Part shown: in pieces, positions 1-13,085 of the stretch
How positions within the stretch are numbered: position 1 is the first letter of the stretch
Layout of the letters: every line of letters begins with the position of its first letter
From: Fimbriosthenelais zetlandica
Lineage: Eukaryota
NCBI GenBank assembly: GCA_977030845.1
Contig: OZ365112.1
Span: 18,104,001-18,168,000 of the forward strand
DNA: 64,000 bases
Direction of reading: 5' to 3'
Made by a program: the position numbers and the translations under genes
The notes under the pieces: model-generated
What the model was told of the DNA's origin: nothing
The model's database searches: none
The model's input: the letters and a program-made list of their open reading frames with translations, nothing else

Positions 1-745
1 CAGGATCTGGCCATTTCAGCTCAGGATCTGGCCATTGCAGCTCAGGATCTGGCCATTGCAGCTCAGGATCTGGGCCTTCAAAATCAGGATCTGGTCATTG
101 CATCTCAAGATTTGAGCCTTCCAGCTCAAGATTTGCCCCTTTCATCTCAAGATCTGGCACTTCCTCCCCAAAATCTGATCATTTCAACTCAAGATTGGGC
201 CCTTCCAGCTCAACATCTGATCCTTCCTGACCATGAGATGGCCCTGATGTGGCCCTTCCTTCCCAATATCTTGCCCTTCCTGTCCAATATCAGGCCTTTC
301 CAGCTCAAAATCTGGCCATTACATCTCAAGATATGGCCCTTCTACCTCTAGATATGGCCCTTCCTGCCCAAGACATGGCTCATCCGGCCCAAAACATGGC
401 CCATCCGGCCCAGGATTTGACTCTGGCATCTCAACATCTGACCATAAGCTCAAGATCTGGCCAATCCATAGCAAGATCTGGCCCTTCCTGCTCAAGATCT
501 GGCCCTTCCTGCTCAATGTCCCTTTCATCTCAATTTTTGCTGACGAAGACATGGCCTTTCCAGCGTAATGTGGCCCCTCCTTCCCAATATCAGGAAGATC
601 TCAAGATCCGGCCCGTCAATCGCAACATCTGGCCTTCTTCCACAAGGTCTGGCCCTTCCAGCTCAAAACATGGCCCATCCTGCTCCTGGCATTTCAACAT
701 CTCACCATTCCTAGACCTACTGAGGCAGGACTTTTTCAGGAAAAT
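1..745 (+). repeat. Degenerate 21-bp tandem repeat (consensus ~GCTCAAGATCTGGCCCTTCCT), reads as heptad AQDLALP; runs off the left edge
   Basis: Units such as CAGGATCTGGCCATTGCAGCT repeat directly from base 1. Frame +1 is open for 1-245 (QDLAISAQDLAIAA...). Frame shifts occur near 245 and 445, with an in-frame TAG near 470. Confidence 0.85.
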
Positions 746-999
746 ATAACTGCTAAGACAGGTCTATACAACTTAGGGGCCTAAGCATAAAAAACAGGCT
801 TATTAGAAATGTGACCATGTTTTAAATGGTTGAGAGCCTAAAGAATAGGTAGACCCTAAGCTGAACAAAGGCTAAATCCAATGTGTCAATCGGGAATTAG
901 ACTTAATTCCTTTTTATATGTTGATATTTAAAATTTGCTAAGAATAGTTTTTTTTTGTAAATTAGGAAAGTATTATGAAAGAATTGGTTCAATTGTGTC

Positions 1000-2730
1000 T
1001 ATGTCTTCAGTGACCTTGAACTTGGGGTCAAAGGTAAATTAACACGTTCTTTTTCCTCTACCTAAGATGCGTCAGTCTAACATATTGCTATTTTCGGTTT
1101 GTCTCCTAGACTAACTGGTAAATTACATCCAAATTTTCTGAATTTCTAGTAATTAATCGTTTACTATGGTAACTTGGCAACCTGAACAGTTTATGTTCTA
1201 TGGGGTTCTAGACTACCCATATCACTCATTCATGTGGGGCACATACATATACACGTTGGATTCCTGCATAGTTCCTTTCCAGCTTATGGAATTGGTTGTT
1301 TTTCTTAGCGGAAAAAATCGACAAAATTACATAGTTTTCAGGTTGCCATGGTAACCAGGTGATCAGGGTGACTTCTATTTTTATATATTTCGAACGCCCT
1401 CTGGGAGCTCTTTCATATGAGATATGACATGCCCATTCCTTTCCTGCTCCTGAAATTAGTTGTTTTTTTTTGTTATCTTAGTTTTAATGTGAATTCTCCA
1501 TTTTGCCCTTGTCACCATGGAAACTAACCGATACAAAAGTCTTTAATTATATTCAGGAGATAGGTGCTTGACGTATCTTGAATACTAAATGTAAAAATCA
1601 CTTAAATACTGATTACAGCAGTTGAGCGCTATGGAAACTGAAAATAAGTCATTTCTGAACAATCAACAAAATTACATAGTTTTCAGGTTGCCATGGTAAC
1701 CAGGTGATCAGGGTGACTTCTATTCTTGTAGATTTCGAACGCCCTCTGACAGTTCTTTCATATGAGGTATGACATGCCCATATCCTGCTTAATTTCTGTC
1801 CAGCTACTGAAATTAGTTGTTTTTCTTGGTTATCTTAGTTATAATATGGATGTTACATTTTGCCCTTATCACCATGGAAACTAATACAATTGTCGTTAAT
1901 TATATGCATGAGATAGGCGGTTGACGTACCTTGAATATGAAATGTAAACATTACTGAAATACCAATTACTGCAGTTGCTATGGAAACTGAAAATAAGTCA
2001 TTGCTGAAAAATCGACAAAATTACATAGTTTTCAGGTTGCCATGGTAACCTGATGATTAGGGTGACTTCTATTTTTGTATATTTCGAACGCCCTCTGGGA
2101 GTTCTTTCATATGAGGTATGACATGCCCATATCCTGCATAATTCCTTTCCTGCTCCTGAAATTAGTTGTTTCTTTGGGTTATCTCATTTTTAATGTGAAT
2201 GTTCCATTTTGCCCTTGTCACCATGGAAACTAACCGATACAAAAGTCTTATATTATATTCACGAGATAGGTGGTTGACATACCTTGAATACTAAATGTAA
2301 AAATCGCTGAAATACCGATTATTGTAGTTGCTATGGAAACTGAAAATAAGTCATTTCTGAAAGATCAACAAAATTACATAGTTTTCTGGTTGCCATGGTA
2401 ACCAGGTGATAAGGGTGACTTTTATTTGTCTATATTTCGAACGCCCTCTGGGAGTTCTTTCATATGAGGTATGACATGCCAATATCGGATGTAGAATTAT
2501 TTCCAAATTATAGAATCTGTCTCTTTTTTTGAAACACCCTAAATTAAAGAGGTTGCTGTATGTTTCCATGGAAACGGACCTGTTCGCAGGGTCAATGGTT
2601 TTTAAAAATCTCGGATTCTTCATCCTCGGGTATTTAGCTATCGAAAAAACACGAAAAATTGTAGGGAGCGGGTCGTGTAGGGTAAAATCGTTTTTAGAGC
2701 TCTTTCAGGGATCTTGAGCCTGGACTACAA
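1000..2730. mobile_element. Probable non-autonomous DNA-transposon-like element carrying the internal tandem array
   Basis: Internal tandem array plus inverted partial copy, non-coding, with similar end-like motifs CCTAGACTA (~1104-1112) and CCTGGACTA (~2719-2727). No transposase, matched TIR pair or TSD was identified, so boundaries and class are tentative. Confidence 0.35.
1260..2485. repeat. ~350-bp tandem array (about 3.5 units)
   Basis: The anchor ACATAGTTTTC(A/T)GGTTGCCATGGTAACC recurs, with its GTTGCCATGGTAAC core at 1342, 1687, 2036 and 2389 (periods 345, 349, 353 bp). The intervening sequence is clearly homologous between units. An inverted partial copy lies at ~1164-1196. Confidence 0.9.
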
Positions 2731-5700
2731 CTTGGACTTTTAATGAGAAGGGTACTCATTTTTGGTCTATTGGTTTTGCCCTCTGCAACTAGCAGGGACC
2801 TCATTTATAATTGTTATGATGTCAAACGCTTCCAAACCTTTTTTCGCTGGGAATACTTATGAATATTTTAATCTTACATATTTACCATAATCCAGCTCAT
2901 ATCACAAAGAGCATAAAAATAACTCTGAGACGGAGGCGAGTTGTCAGGAAGGTACACTGCGAATTAAGGAAAAAGTGAATAGAGGCAAGAGCCCTAAGCA
3001 TGCTCTATACTGGATACATCAAAGATGTCGCTGCCTGATTTGTGCCGTTAAAAAGCACAAAAAGCTAGAATTTACTTTAAAGTTCTGCCAGGATCACATA
3101 TGTATATGTACATCTATCATGCCAATCACAGAGACACAAGCTCAGATTGAGAGCGCGCTTTTTATAGTTTTCAGCAGGAATAAGATCTCTGTTTTTCTGT
3201 GCCTGTGAAGAACTTCTGAAGACTTTATTGATTTCATTTACTTTGTCTCAGTGTATCTCTTTGCTGATAGCTCTTGTCCATGGACAATATTTATATGAAT
3301 GCTGTTATCTTCTGTTTGCTTATAAATGTAGAGTTCCAAGCATATATCTGCGTGTCTTGTCCTCAGTGAATATAGAATACACTGTAAGGGATTTGCTTAC
3401 GTGGTGATTTGTGGAATGAATCCTTAGTGAAGATTCATTTATTTTTTCAACACTTGTTTGCCGCTTCAGCTATATAATGTATCTCTTTGCACCCCTTAAA
3501 CATACGTACTTTGATATCGTGGCTGCAAAGATGTATTTGTAGTCACATGATTAGACCCTAACTTATTTAACTTCGCAATGAATTGCTCACATCGCTGATA
3601 GTTATTGGTGCCATGTGTTGTAAGAGCCTTACTGTCACCCACCAGTCACCCTGGTTGTTTGGTGTTAACCGTCACCTAGTCCTGGGATGAGAGACTGTCA
3701 GCCATTTTGCACGAGATGTCTTGACCTGGACCTCGTGTCAATACGCTTGTCTTGGCCAGCCTAATTGCCTGATTTGGAAACTTGCTTTATTTTGTCATGG
3801 ACTGCAAACATAAGAGAGGGCTGCCGCGCTGCTCCACCTTGGCAATGAGTGACTCTAAGCTCTGCACCTCGCGAGCTGATGATGTGAACTTGCATCCTGT
3901 TTGGTGCCTTTCTGGCTCCTTCTACGCCAGATTGGACTGTGTTGTGGGTGGTTGGAGGTCCCACAAGGCTCCTTCTTTCTCCTTATCCCCCTCTTCCACC
4001 ACATCAAAGTGGCATTGGTGTACACTTTGTAGGAGAGGCAGTAGTTCCCATAGTGAGAACGGATCCAGGCTGAAGAGAGGAACCATGAAAGTCTCTTCTG
4101 CCGAACCTGATGTTGGTTTTCTAAAATTACTTAGCAACATTATGTCATAATGTACAAATCTATGTTATTTCCTTCTCTTAATTAACATTTAAGATTGTAT
4201 TTTGCACTTTCTTTGAGAAGAAATTTGCAGAAAAAGTCCCATGCGAGAATAAAGGAAAGTAAATGACTTCCTTTGTCATTTACAACAAGAAGAACTGACA
4301 TGACTTAAAAATTACATTACCAATTGCCGCAATTGTTGGCACGGCTACATTCAAGCCTTGCACAAATGTTTACAATTAGTGGTTAAATAAGAAGCTCTAT
4401 TTATGGCCAGTTTTCCATCACTCAAAGAAGCGGGAGACTTTGGCGGTGGATTGTATTTTATTGCAGACCTGTTGGTTGTCGTGTAGGTTGCCGTGGGAGG
4501 CACCGTTTGCAACAGCCGCTTTCTGTCAGCTTGTGCCTCATTATGACACATATTAACATGCGCTCTGGCGCACACTTCAAAGACATTCATAATCCTTCTA
4601 AAACACACAACGTCCTGCTGGAATATGTCCAAGATGGCCGCCAACATGGCTTTCTCAGTGGCGAGAACACCCGGTGGTAACCAGCAGAAGTGTGTATATA
4701 TCACGTGACTTGGGTCATGGATATTATGGGATAGTTTAGTTGATGTGGTATGAGTCTCTTTGTAGCCTTGGCAGAGCGAGAATTTTTTGTTGTGCCAGAC
4801 TTTGCTGAATTCTCACAGAGTCCGCCATTTCTTCACAGATTCTCACACAGTCCTGTAGCTCCCACCGTCTGTCAGACCCACACTTCCTGCAAATGATGAT
4901 GACTGGACTACAAGACCATTATCAAAAGCTGCTCTCCAGGATACAGTTCTTCTTGGAATGGTGTATACTATAAAATATGGGTTGTTTTCTTTCATTCTCC
5001 ATCACTTGGTCTACTGTTCTTTAAACCTTCGATCATCTTCCATAGCGAGCATGCTTTCACATGCCATCAGTGGACGATGATTAGCACCATTGTGTCTTAT
5101 TATGCTGTGGTACTTTTTAATTCCTTGATTGAATTATTAGATGCTTAAATCCGAAATTTGTTGATCCTCCCTTTCATGAGAAAGTAGCTATTTGCAAGGT
5201 TAGCGATTTCCCAGATAATGATCTTTAAGACTTTTTTCTGCCTCTCAGTGTTGATCTTTCAGTAGATGTCCGCCCTCACGTCAAGATAGCGACCTTTGAT
5301 AAGTTCATTTGGCTGACCTTTCATCTAATAAGATGAGCTCGCCTTGTAGAGGTATCGGGTCAACCTGCAGGTCAATGAAATGTTCATAAAACTCACGACT
5401 GACTTCTTTTTCACTGTAAAATGTGGAAAAAGGAGTATATCGAGAGCCCTGCTTGTGTTTTTGTCAAAGCCAAGTTGCTGAATTTTAAAGATAAAAGTGC
5501 GTGTTAAGCAGTACTTTGGAAGCACACTTTGAATTATGAAAAAATGGATAGGAACCCTCTATACTGTGCCTCTGAGGAAGCCTGACATTAAAGAGTTCTC
5601 GTTTGTCTATTGTGGGCAAAAGAAGGCGAAAAGCCAATATTGGATGAGAACAGAGCTGTTCATACAGCACTCCAAGAAATGTAGTCAGGAAAACCTTTTC

Positions 5701-8700
5701 TTAAAATGTGGCAAACAAGACCAAAAATGTAAGACATGCAGAAATATATATTTCCTGCTTTTTGGTGTGATTTTAATCTCCGAAAAGCATCATATATGTT
5801 CCCTATACAGCCCCATGCGCTGCAGGATGACACAAAGCAACATTTTACAACCCCTCTCTCAGCACTTGACTAAACGCTCAATGCTTGATCTCTTTGTGAG
5901 AATTCCTCGACTTTAAACCCAGAATCTGTACACTCGGATGGGGTACTATTATGGTAGAGGGCGCCACATAAGTAGACCCGATGGTTGGGCGTGGAAGAGC
6001 GCTGCCATCATCGAGAGCAACACTGGCGGCAAAATGCTTTGATGTGAGACGAGATGAAAAAGACGGGGAATTAGGCTGCAAAGGGGCTGGGAAAAGCGCA
6101 TTTAACGAGCGGTACGCATTGTGTGTGGGTGATGGTGGAAGGGAGGGAGTCAGAGGGAGGAGAAGTATGGCTACTATTTACTGGTGATGAGTGAAGGAAA
6201 GTTGAAACTGTTGGAAGAAAGATTCAGATGAGTCTGAACGCTTGAAGAGAACGAATTGTGCTAAGGTTCAGCAAAATCATAGTCCTAGATAATCAGCCAA
6301 GGAAACAAACTGGAGATTGACGATAAATATTGAGGAAATGGCACTTGATTGCCTTCCAATATCTTTCATCCATACTTTCCTTTGAAAATTTGTTTTTTTC
6401 CTTTTGATATAAAAGCGTTTTCAAGAGGAAAATACAGAGTGTTCCCGAAAGATGAATTGATCTTGAAGGAAAGCTCAGAGCACAAAGCACAGCAAGATAG
6501 ACCATATATATAAACTGATGTTCTTTTCGGTGGTTTAAAGCAAAAGCAATGTTATTGAAGCATTAATGAACAAGTGCTCTCATATGCTTTCTGGGCAAAA
6601 AGAAATAATGGGGGAAAGGATCAAAAAACATCTTGGGAATGTTTCCTGGTTACCTGCAATATTTTTGGAATGTCTGGAATTCTGGGACATAAGAAAACAG
6701 GGCTTTGAATCACAAAGAAACTTCCACATCTCTTTGCTGCTTTCCCTTAGGTGTTGGAATTCCCGGAAGTGGTGACCCAATTACCTTTTCACCAGCCAAT
6801 CATTAAGCAGCACCTCAGGCTCCACCTAGTGGTCACAGACATGTGATCAAACAGTCTCGTTCTGACGTCCAGCTATGTGGGTCACTGCTCAAAGTGTTCA
6901 GTGGGAGGATAGAGGCTTGGCTGGCCCTGCCAATCGTTCGTTCTTTTTATCTTTCTCTAGTTGGAATTTCCAAGTGTTGATCTGTGGGGTCGAACTAATA
7001 ACTCTCACTTGTATATTAGAGATGGAAGAGATGAGAAGCTCGATGTGGTTATGATGCTCCTGATTTGAATGTAAGAATCAGAATTCAGAGCTAATGTAAA
7101 ATAATCATCACACCGTTATTCCTTGTCTCCATCTTGTACATTAGTAGCTCTTTATGACATACCAAATTAGTTTTGGATTCCTTCTACGAATCATGATAAG
7201 AATAAATTCTTAGTTTTGAAAATGGTGGGTACATTTTTCCTTGATCCACGGTGGTACGGTTTTTTCAAAGAGATTTTTTTGCTTTGTTTCCCTTGTGATT
7301 GTGCCAGGTTTGTGAGGAATTAGGACAAATCTCACTACATCAAAAAGCAGGGCCTCATCTGCAGATGAAAAACTTTCCATAATGAAAGCAGGCCTATCAG
7401 TCTCCACGACTCCTTGTCCCAACCCATGTGATTGGTCAGTTGCTACACAGGCCATGATTGGTGGCAGTGTCAATCACATGATCCCTCTCAGGGTTCCCTT
7501 TGATCTTACCTTGGCAGCGAGATCTTAGTACGAGATCTCATGAGACTTGGTGTAATCTCCTCGGACTGTTCTTCTTATGAGACGGGAGGAGGTTTATTAA
7601 TGTATGGACCTCAAGTCGCCAGAGTTAATCACTTTGTTCTGGACATGTTGCTGGCTCAAATTCAGTATGATCTCTTAATGACTACTATCAACAAGTATGG
7701 GATAGCAACATGACCATTAATTGGCAAAAATCTTCTTAGAGAATGTAAATATCAAGTAGAGAATATTATTATTCTTTTGACAGTTGTAATGTTCGGGAAA
7801 CATTCCGGTTCTTGATATTGTTTTGCAGGAAGTTTACTAGATGACACAGGAAAACAGGTTGTTTCCGTCTTCCTTCTCCCATGAATGATGACTACCCTGC
7901 CCACCTCTTTATTTCTCAAGTCGCTACAAAGGGCAGCCAGGGGTCACGATCACAGAACCAATCTGAGGCTGAGATAAATCATCATAGTTATACGACATAG
8001 CCTCCCTCCAAAGCTGGCTGACTGGATTATTGTTCTATCACACACTTATCCTGTTTCGTGACAGGCCGAAAAATTTCAATTTAGATATGTGAATAATCAG
8101 AGTTCATGGGTTTGACGAATAGCAATGAGTAGAACTTGGTGATATGGCCTTGTAACTCTATTTAGAGTTCTCTGATGAATTGTCTAAAGGTCCTCCGTTC
8201 CTCTGGTGCCTATTACATTTTTGACATCTGTTTATATTGATGGTATATTTTCTGGCTCTCGTGTGTTTTTTGTCCAGTGATGGATCCATCGAGTCGTCCC
8301 CAGGTATAAATACGCCGTAATTCATTATTTCCTGTTCCCCTAGTTTCCCGTCTCTGTCTTTGATCTGCTTAAAATATTCTCTGAGATCAAAGCCCCAGGT
8401 CCGCAGTGTTAGTTAGACCCCATTTATACCTGGCGCTCTTTGACGTGAGAGAGGTTGAGGAGTAGGAGGCAAGCAGGTATAGGTGGCTACACCCAGTGGT
8501 CACCACCGACTGACCTCCTCTCATCCCACCTGCAGCTTCAGCCTCACTCATATTGCTTCAGAGTAGTAGTATAATTCTGATGAGAAAATGGAATGGTACC
8601 TGGCTGGTACCTATAGTAGTACCAGACTGGGTCACAATAACTTGATTAAGGTTAAGTCCTTGAAGGAGGAGGTTTTATCAACCAGGAAGACAGACATGAG

Positions 8701-11700
8701 TGATCAACTTCTCCTGAACCTCCTAGTAGTAGTAGAGTTTAGGGGAGTCGTTTGAAGCCCTCTGTTTGACCATACAATTTAGGGTCTTCGCTATGATTTG
8801 TACAGCGAGTGTTTTTGCACGCCTCTGTTAGGTTTCAATTTGAATCGATCCCAAATATTCAGCAATTTTAGATTTCTGGTCATCATCAGTTTTGTGCTGA
8901 GAGCTGTTTTACATCACATTTCACATAAATGCCCTGTCCACAAGTCACTGTGAGCAAATTGGGTCCAGGCTTGGGTCCCGCCGCTCCTTGACTTCTCTCC
9001 CCGAACACTTGATCAAACAAACAAAAAACACTAACTTCACAGAAGACACAAACTCTGTCCTGGATTCGCCACCAAAATGTCAAGGCTACTTGATTAAAAT
9101 GATAAAACGTGAGCACAGCGCTAACATCCGTGTTACTGATGAACTCGCCATGAAATGATCCTAATTCTTAGTGAGATGAAAGACTCCTGTGGTCGGCTTT
9201 TTCTCATTGTGGTCAAACCTTTCATGTTAGTAATAAGCTCACAGTTTCCCGCCATTTTGCACGATTGTCGTCTGCTGACATAGTCATGTGATCACACGCC
9301 TTGGGAATGAGGCTGAGGATCACTTTGGTTTGTGATCACTTCAAAAGGCCTGTTTTTATAAACCCTCCTTTTTTAACTGAATTATTACGGTTTTGTAGAA
9401 TTCGATTTTAAGGAGATTAATTTAGAACTTATGTTCCTGATGACAGGATGTGATGATTTAATTGATAGGAGAGCTGATAGGTGACAAATGTTTGTTGAGC
9501 TGTCCTGTAAGAGGGCCTGTTCCTGTCAGGGCCAGACTTAGCAACAGTAATTAATCCTTCAAAAGTTAATGCTGTCCGCAGACAAAACCTGTGTTGACCA
9601 GAACACTCAGGTTTTATCCTATTGTTCAATGACTCATCGAGATTCATTCTATTCCATTCAATAGTTTTCAGTAAAACCTCAGCTGCTCTTCAGTAAAGCT
9701 TGTTTATCCATTCCTTAATTAATAGAACTGTCCCAAGCATCAGTAAAAGGCACCATGCTATTGTATGGTGACGTCCAAGCCTAAAATACCATTACGGCTT
9801 TGAAGCTGCCTTCTTGTGAGAAAGGGTGGGTCCATGCATTCAGCATTCCGTGAGAATAAACGTGTCATGATCTCTGACTCCTCAGTGAATGAAGTATGCA
9901 GCCTTCTTTACCAATCACAGATATCTCATACATGATGCCATCTATATGATAATAAAGCTACCAAAAGACTGTGCCTGCTCTTTCACCTTGAAGGTCAGGG
10001 TATTCTTTTTTACCAGAGGATCTGATAAAAAAAATTCTGCATTCATTTCCTGTTATTTAGGACAGGGATGCACTGACTGGACCTGACTGCATCTCATTTG
10101 ATGATAGGAAGCTGATGGTAATATATATGTTGATCAGTTGTTTTCTCCAAAGTGTGTTCTGTGAGAAACATAATTATGTTGCTCGAACATAAAACTTGTG
10201 TGCTCTTTACCCCAAGATGTACTTTCTTCATCTACCATCTTGGCTCCGTCCAGCATACCACATTCATCCTGGTACAAACAGGTCCCTGGACTGCTGACCC
10301 TTATATTCCTAAACAATCCATTACATATATCTAGAGGGTCCTCTGGGAGATTGCAGAATGCTTCACTTCATTCACTTCCAATATATTCCCACCATCCAGG
10401 GTAGCGAACTCTGCCAACTTCACCAAGCTAATTAACCACAAGCTCATTTTTCCAACAAATGGTCCTCGGCTTTCCTGAGCAGGCAATATTTCTTGTTAAA
10501 CCAGGCGTTCCATGATGCTCGCCAAAACTATTGCTTACAGGTTATTGGTCGTTGAGTTGCTCATTTAGTTATGACCCTGGTTGGCTGAGGGATGCTTCAC
10601 TACCCAATGAGCTGATTGAGAACAAAAGCTGCCTGGCCAAAAGGACATATTGGTGGCGTTGGCAACCGAGAAGCGAGTCTCATTTTCCTTGACCCGACCC
10701 CGGTGGTCAAACAATCAATCAATGCTCAGACAAAAGCCATCTCCTGCCAGCATTTTGACAAATGGCTACCGGCACTAATATGGCCTTCTTATGATGCTAT
10801 TATATTATTATGAAGAAGGCTAAAAATCTCTGCAAGTGTATGAAGTACATGTAGTCAAGTTGAAAAATCAAAAGCTCGCATGTATTAATGAGAACACTGG
10901 CCAGATGAGAGAACAAACTTTTCAGTAATGCCTCCACAAAAGTGTTATATACTATGATAAGCTTGACAACCTTGGTTATAATTAGTTACTAAATGGAAAG
11001 TTTTGCAAAGATTTCACGAGAGATGGCATTAGTCCACGTGCTGGTCCCCAAAGCCATCCCCATCCCGGTACCTAGACAGGAAGCCTAGCCTGGTCCCCTC
11101 TCCTCCACTTAGATGTTCATGGAACGTCACCGCATCTAACATCAATCAGAAAAATCTTTTTTTTTTCATTAAAAACTGAAAGGTTCGTTCGCTATTCTCT
11201 TTGATGTCTCGTCAAAAAGACAATGGTTGCCGTAGCAACTCATTAAAGCCGAGAGTAATTGTCCCACAGGCCGGCAGGCGGATCTGCCATCACTAATACT
11301 AGATAGAGGATGAGTTAGGGGGCAGGGCACCTCACGCTGAGCAAACCAGAGGCTAGAAAAAATGACTTATTACTCTAATTACCAGGTAGATTATTGTAAA
11401 TCAAAAGGCATAACTTGCCTACATTCTTGTGGATTATATAGCATGAGATTGGCATTCAAGAAAATGCATATTTATAGACATTCGTGTCACATATGCGGGA
11501 ATTTATAATACCAATCTGTGAAACGCTTTCATTCATATGATTCATTATTCCTATCAATGGACTTTCATCAGTAAAGTCGTGTTGAAAGTGTTCGTCAAAT
11601 GTAATAAATTATACATGGAGTGTATTCCTTAGCTGTTCAGATCATTTCTAAGTTCACCATTTTGCTGCACTTATCCCCCCTGCCCCCTCCCCATCCCTTT

Positions 11701-12744
11701 GCCTGTCCCCCTACAGCCCACATTAAATTGTGCTCTCTTCCTTTCACCCCGCCATGTTAATGTTTTAAAAGTCTTTCTCAATCCGCACAAATCCCTTTCG
11801 GCTCGGTGGCAAGCTTTGCGGAGGGCCTTCTTTTCTTCTCAAATGCACTCACATCAAAGCCCTCTCCTGCGAGTTTTCATATTTTGTGAAGAAAGGCTGC
11901 CGTCACGCGCAAATTATAAGATAGTCTGTGACAAATGAAAGAGTGCTTCAGATGAAAGCAGGATGGGATGAAAGTCGTCTGCTAGATTAGAGTCAGTGAG
12001 ACTGGGCGGGAAAGGCGGGTGGGAGGGAAGGAGAGAGGCGGTAGGCATTGGGACACGATTTGAGTGGCTACAGGAAAGCTTTGCTTTGCACAGCAAAGTC
12101 AAGATGTACCAAAGTTATCTATTAATACCACATAATCTCATTTAGCATTCCCTTTATTCCCGCGTCTTTGTGTGAATTCACGCACTCTGTCATTAGTCAT
12201 TAGCTGCAACCATGCATGTTAACTTATGATGCTATTCTTCCTCTCTCAATGTCTCCATATTTCTCTTTTATTGTCTCTTTTTCTTTCTCTCTGATTTCTC
12301 TTTCACTTTAGTACTGACTTTCGTAATCTTCCTCCCCAATCACCCCCAGCCCCCTCTTTCTGCTCTCTTTCATTCTCTTCCCCGTCTCTATCTGGCCCCT
12401 CTTTCTTGCTTTTCTCCCTCCCTCTATGCCCATGTGAAAGCCTTTGACGGGTGTACCCTGCAAAGAAGGGCTTTGAAGAACTTTTAGGTATTTTATCAAT
12501 GTCCTCGCTCTTTTCTTTTTGTTGGGATGGATTCTTACTGATCAAAGTGTCTTTTATCCTCTTTTGATATCTAGTGCATACAACATGAGACATGATGCAT
12601 ATTTTAACAGAATATGGAGTCGATGCCTCTGACTTTCATTTATCATCGTTACAGTGATTTAAGCTTATTTCATACATTTGTTATTAATTGAGATTTCTTT
12701 CAGTACTCAGACTAGCTTAGAAAATTGTACTTTGAGACTATTAT

Positions 12745-13085
12745 AGGAAATGGCACTCTGTGAGTAGTATAGGAAATAGTACGCTGTGAGTAGTATAGGA
12801 AATAGTACTCTGTGAGTAGTATAGGAAATAGTACGCTGTGAGTAGTATAGGAAATAGTACTCTGTGCGTAGTATAGGAAATAGTACTCTGTGAGCAGTAT
12901 AGGAAATAGTACGCTGTGAGTAGTATAGGAAATAGTACGCTGCGAGTATTAGTATATAAAACTGCACTCTGTTAGTAGTATAGGAAATGGCACTCGGAGA
13001 GTAGTTATGTGAGTACCTGTAGTATGGCAAATATTAGTAATTCATGAGTATAATTATAGCAAATAGTACTCTGTGAGTAGTATGG
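12745..13085. repeat. 26-bp minisatellite (AGGAAATAGTACTCTGTGAGTAGTAT)n
   Basis: Seven to eight near-identical head-to-tail copies from 12745 to ~12955, then degenerate copies to ~13085. No spacers between copies. Confidence 0.95.

Noticed and set aside
1-552. Minus-strand reading of the 21-bp repeat (EGPDLE-type, superficially involucrin/AHNAK-like)
   Set aside because: In-frame TGA stops occur within the first 240 bp, and unit variation is non-synonymous in that frame.
12745-13085. Regular 26-bp repeats resembling a CRISPR array
   Set aside because: Head-to-tail with no unique spacers, in a eukaryotic context with no cas genes.
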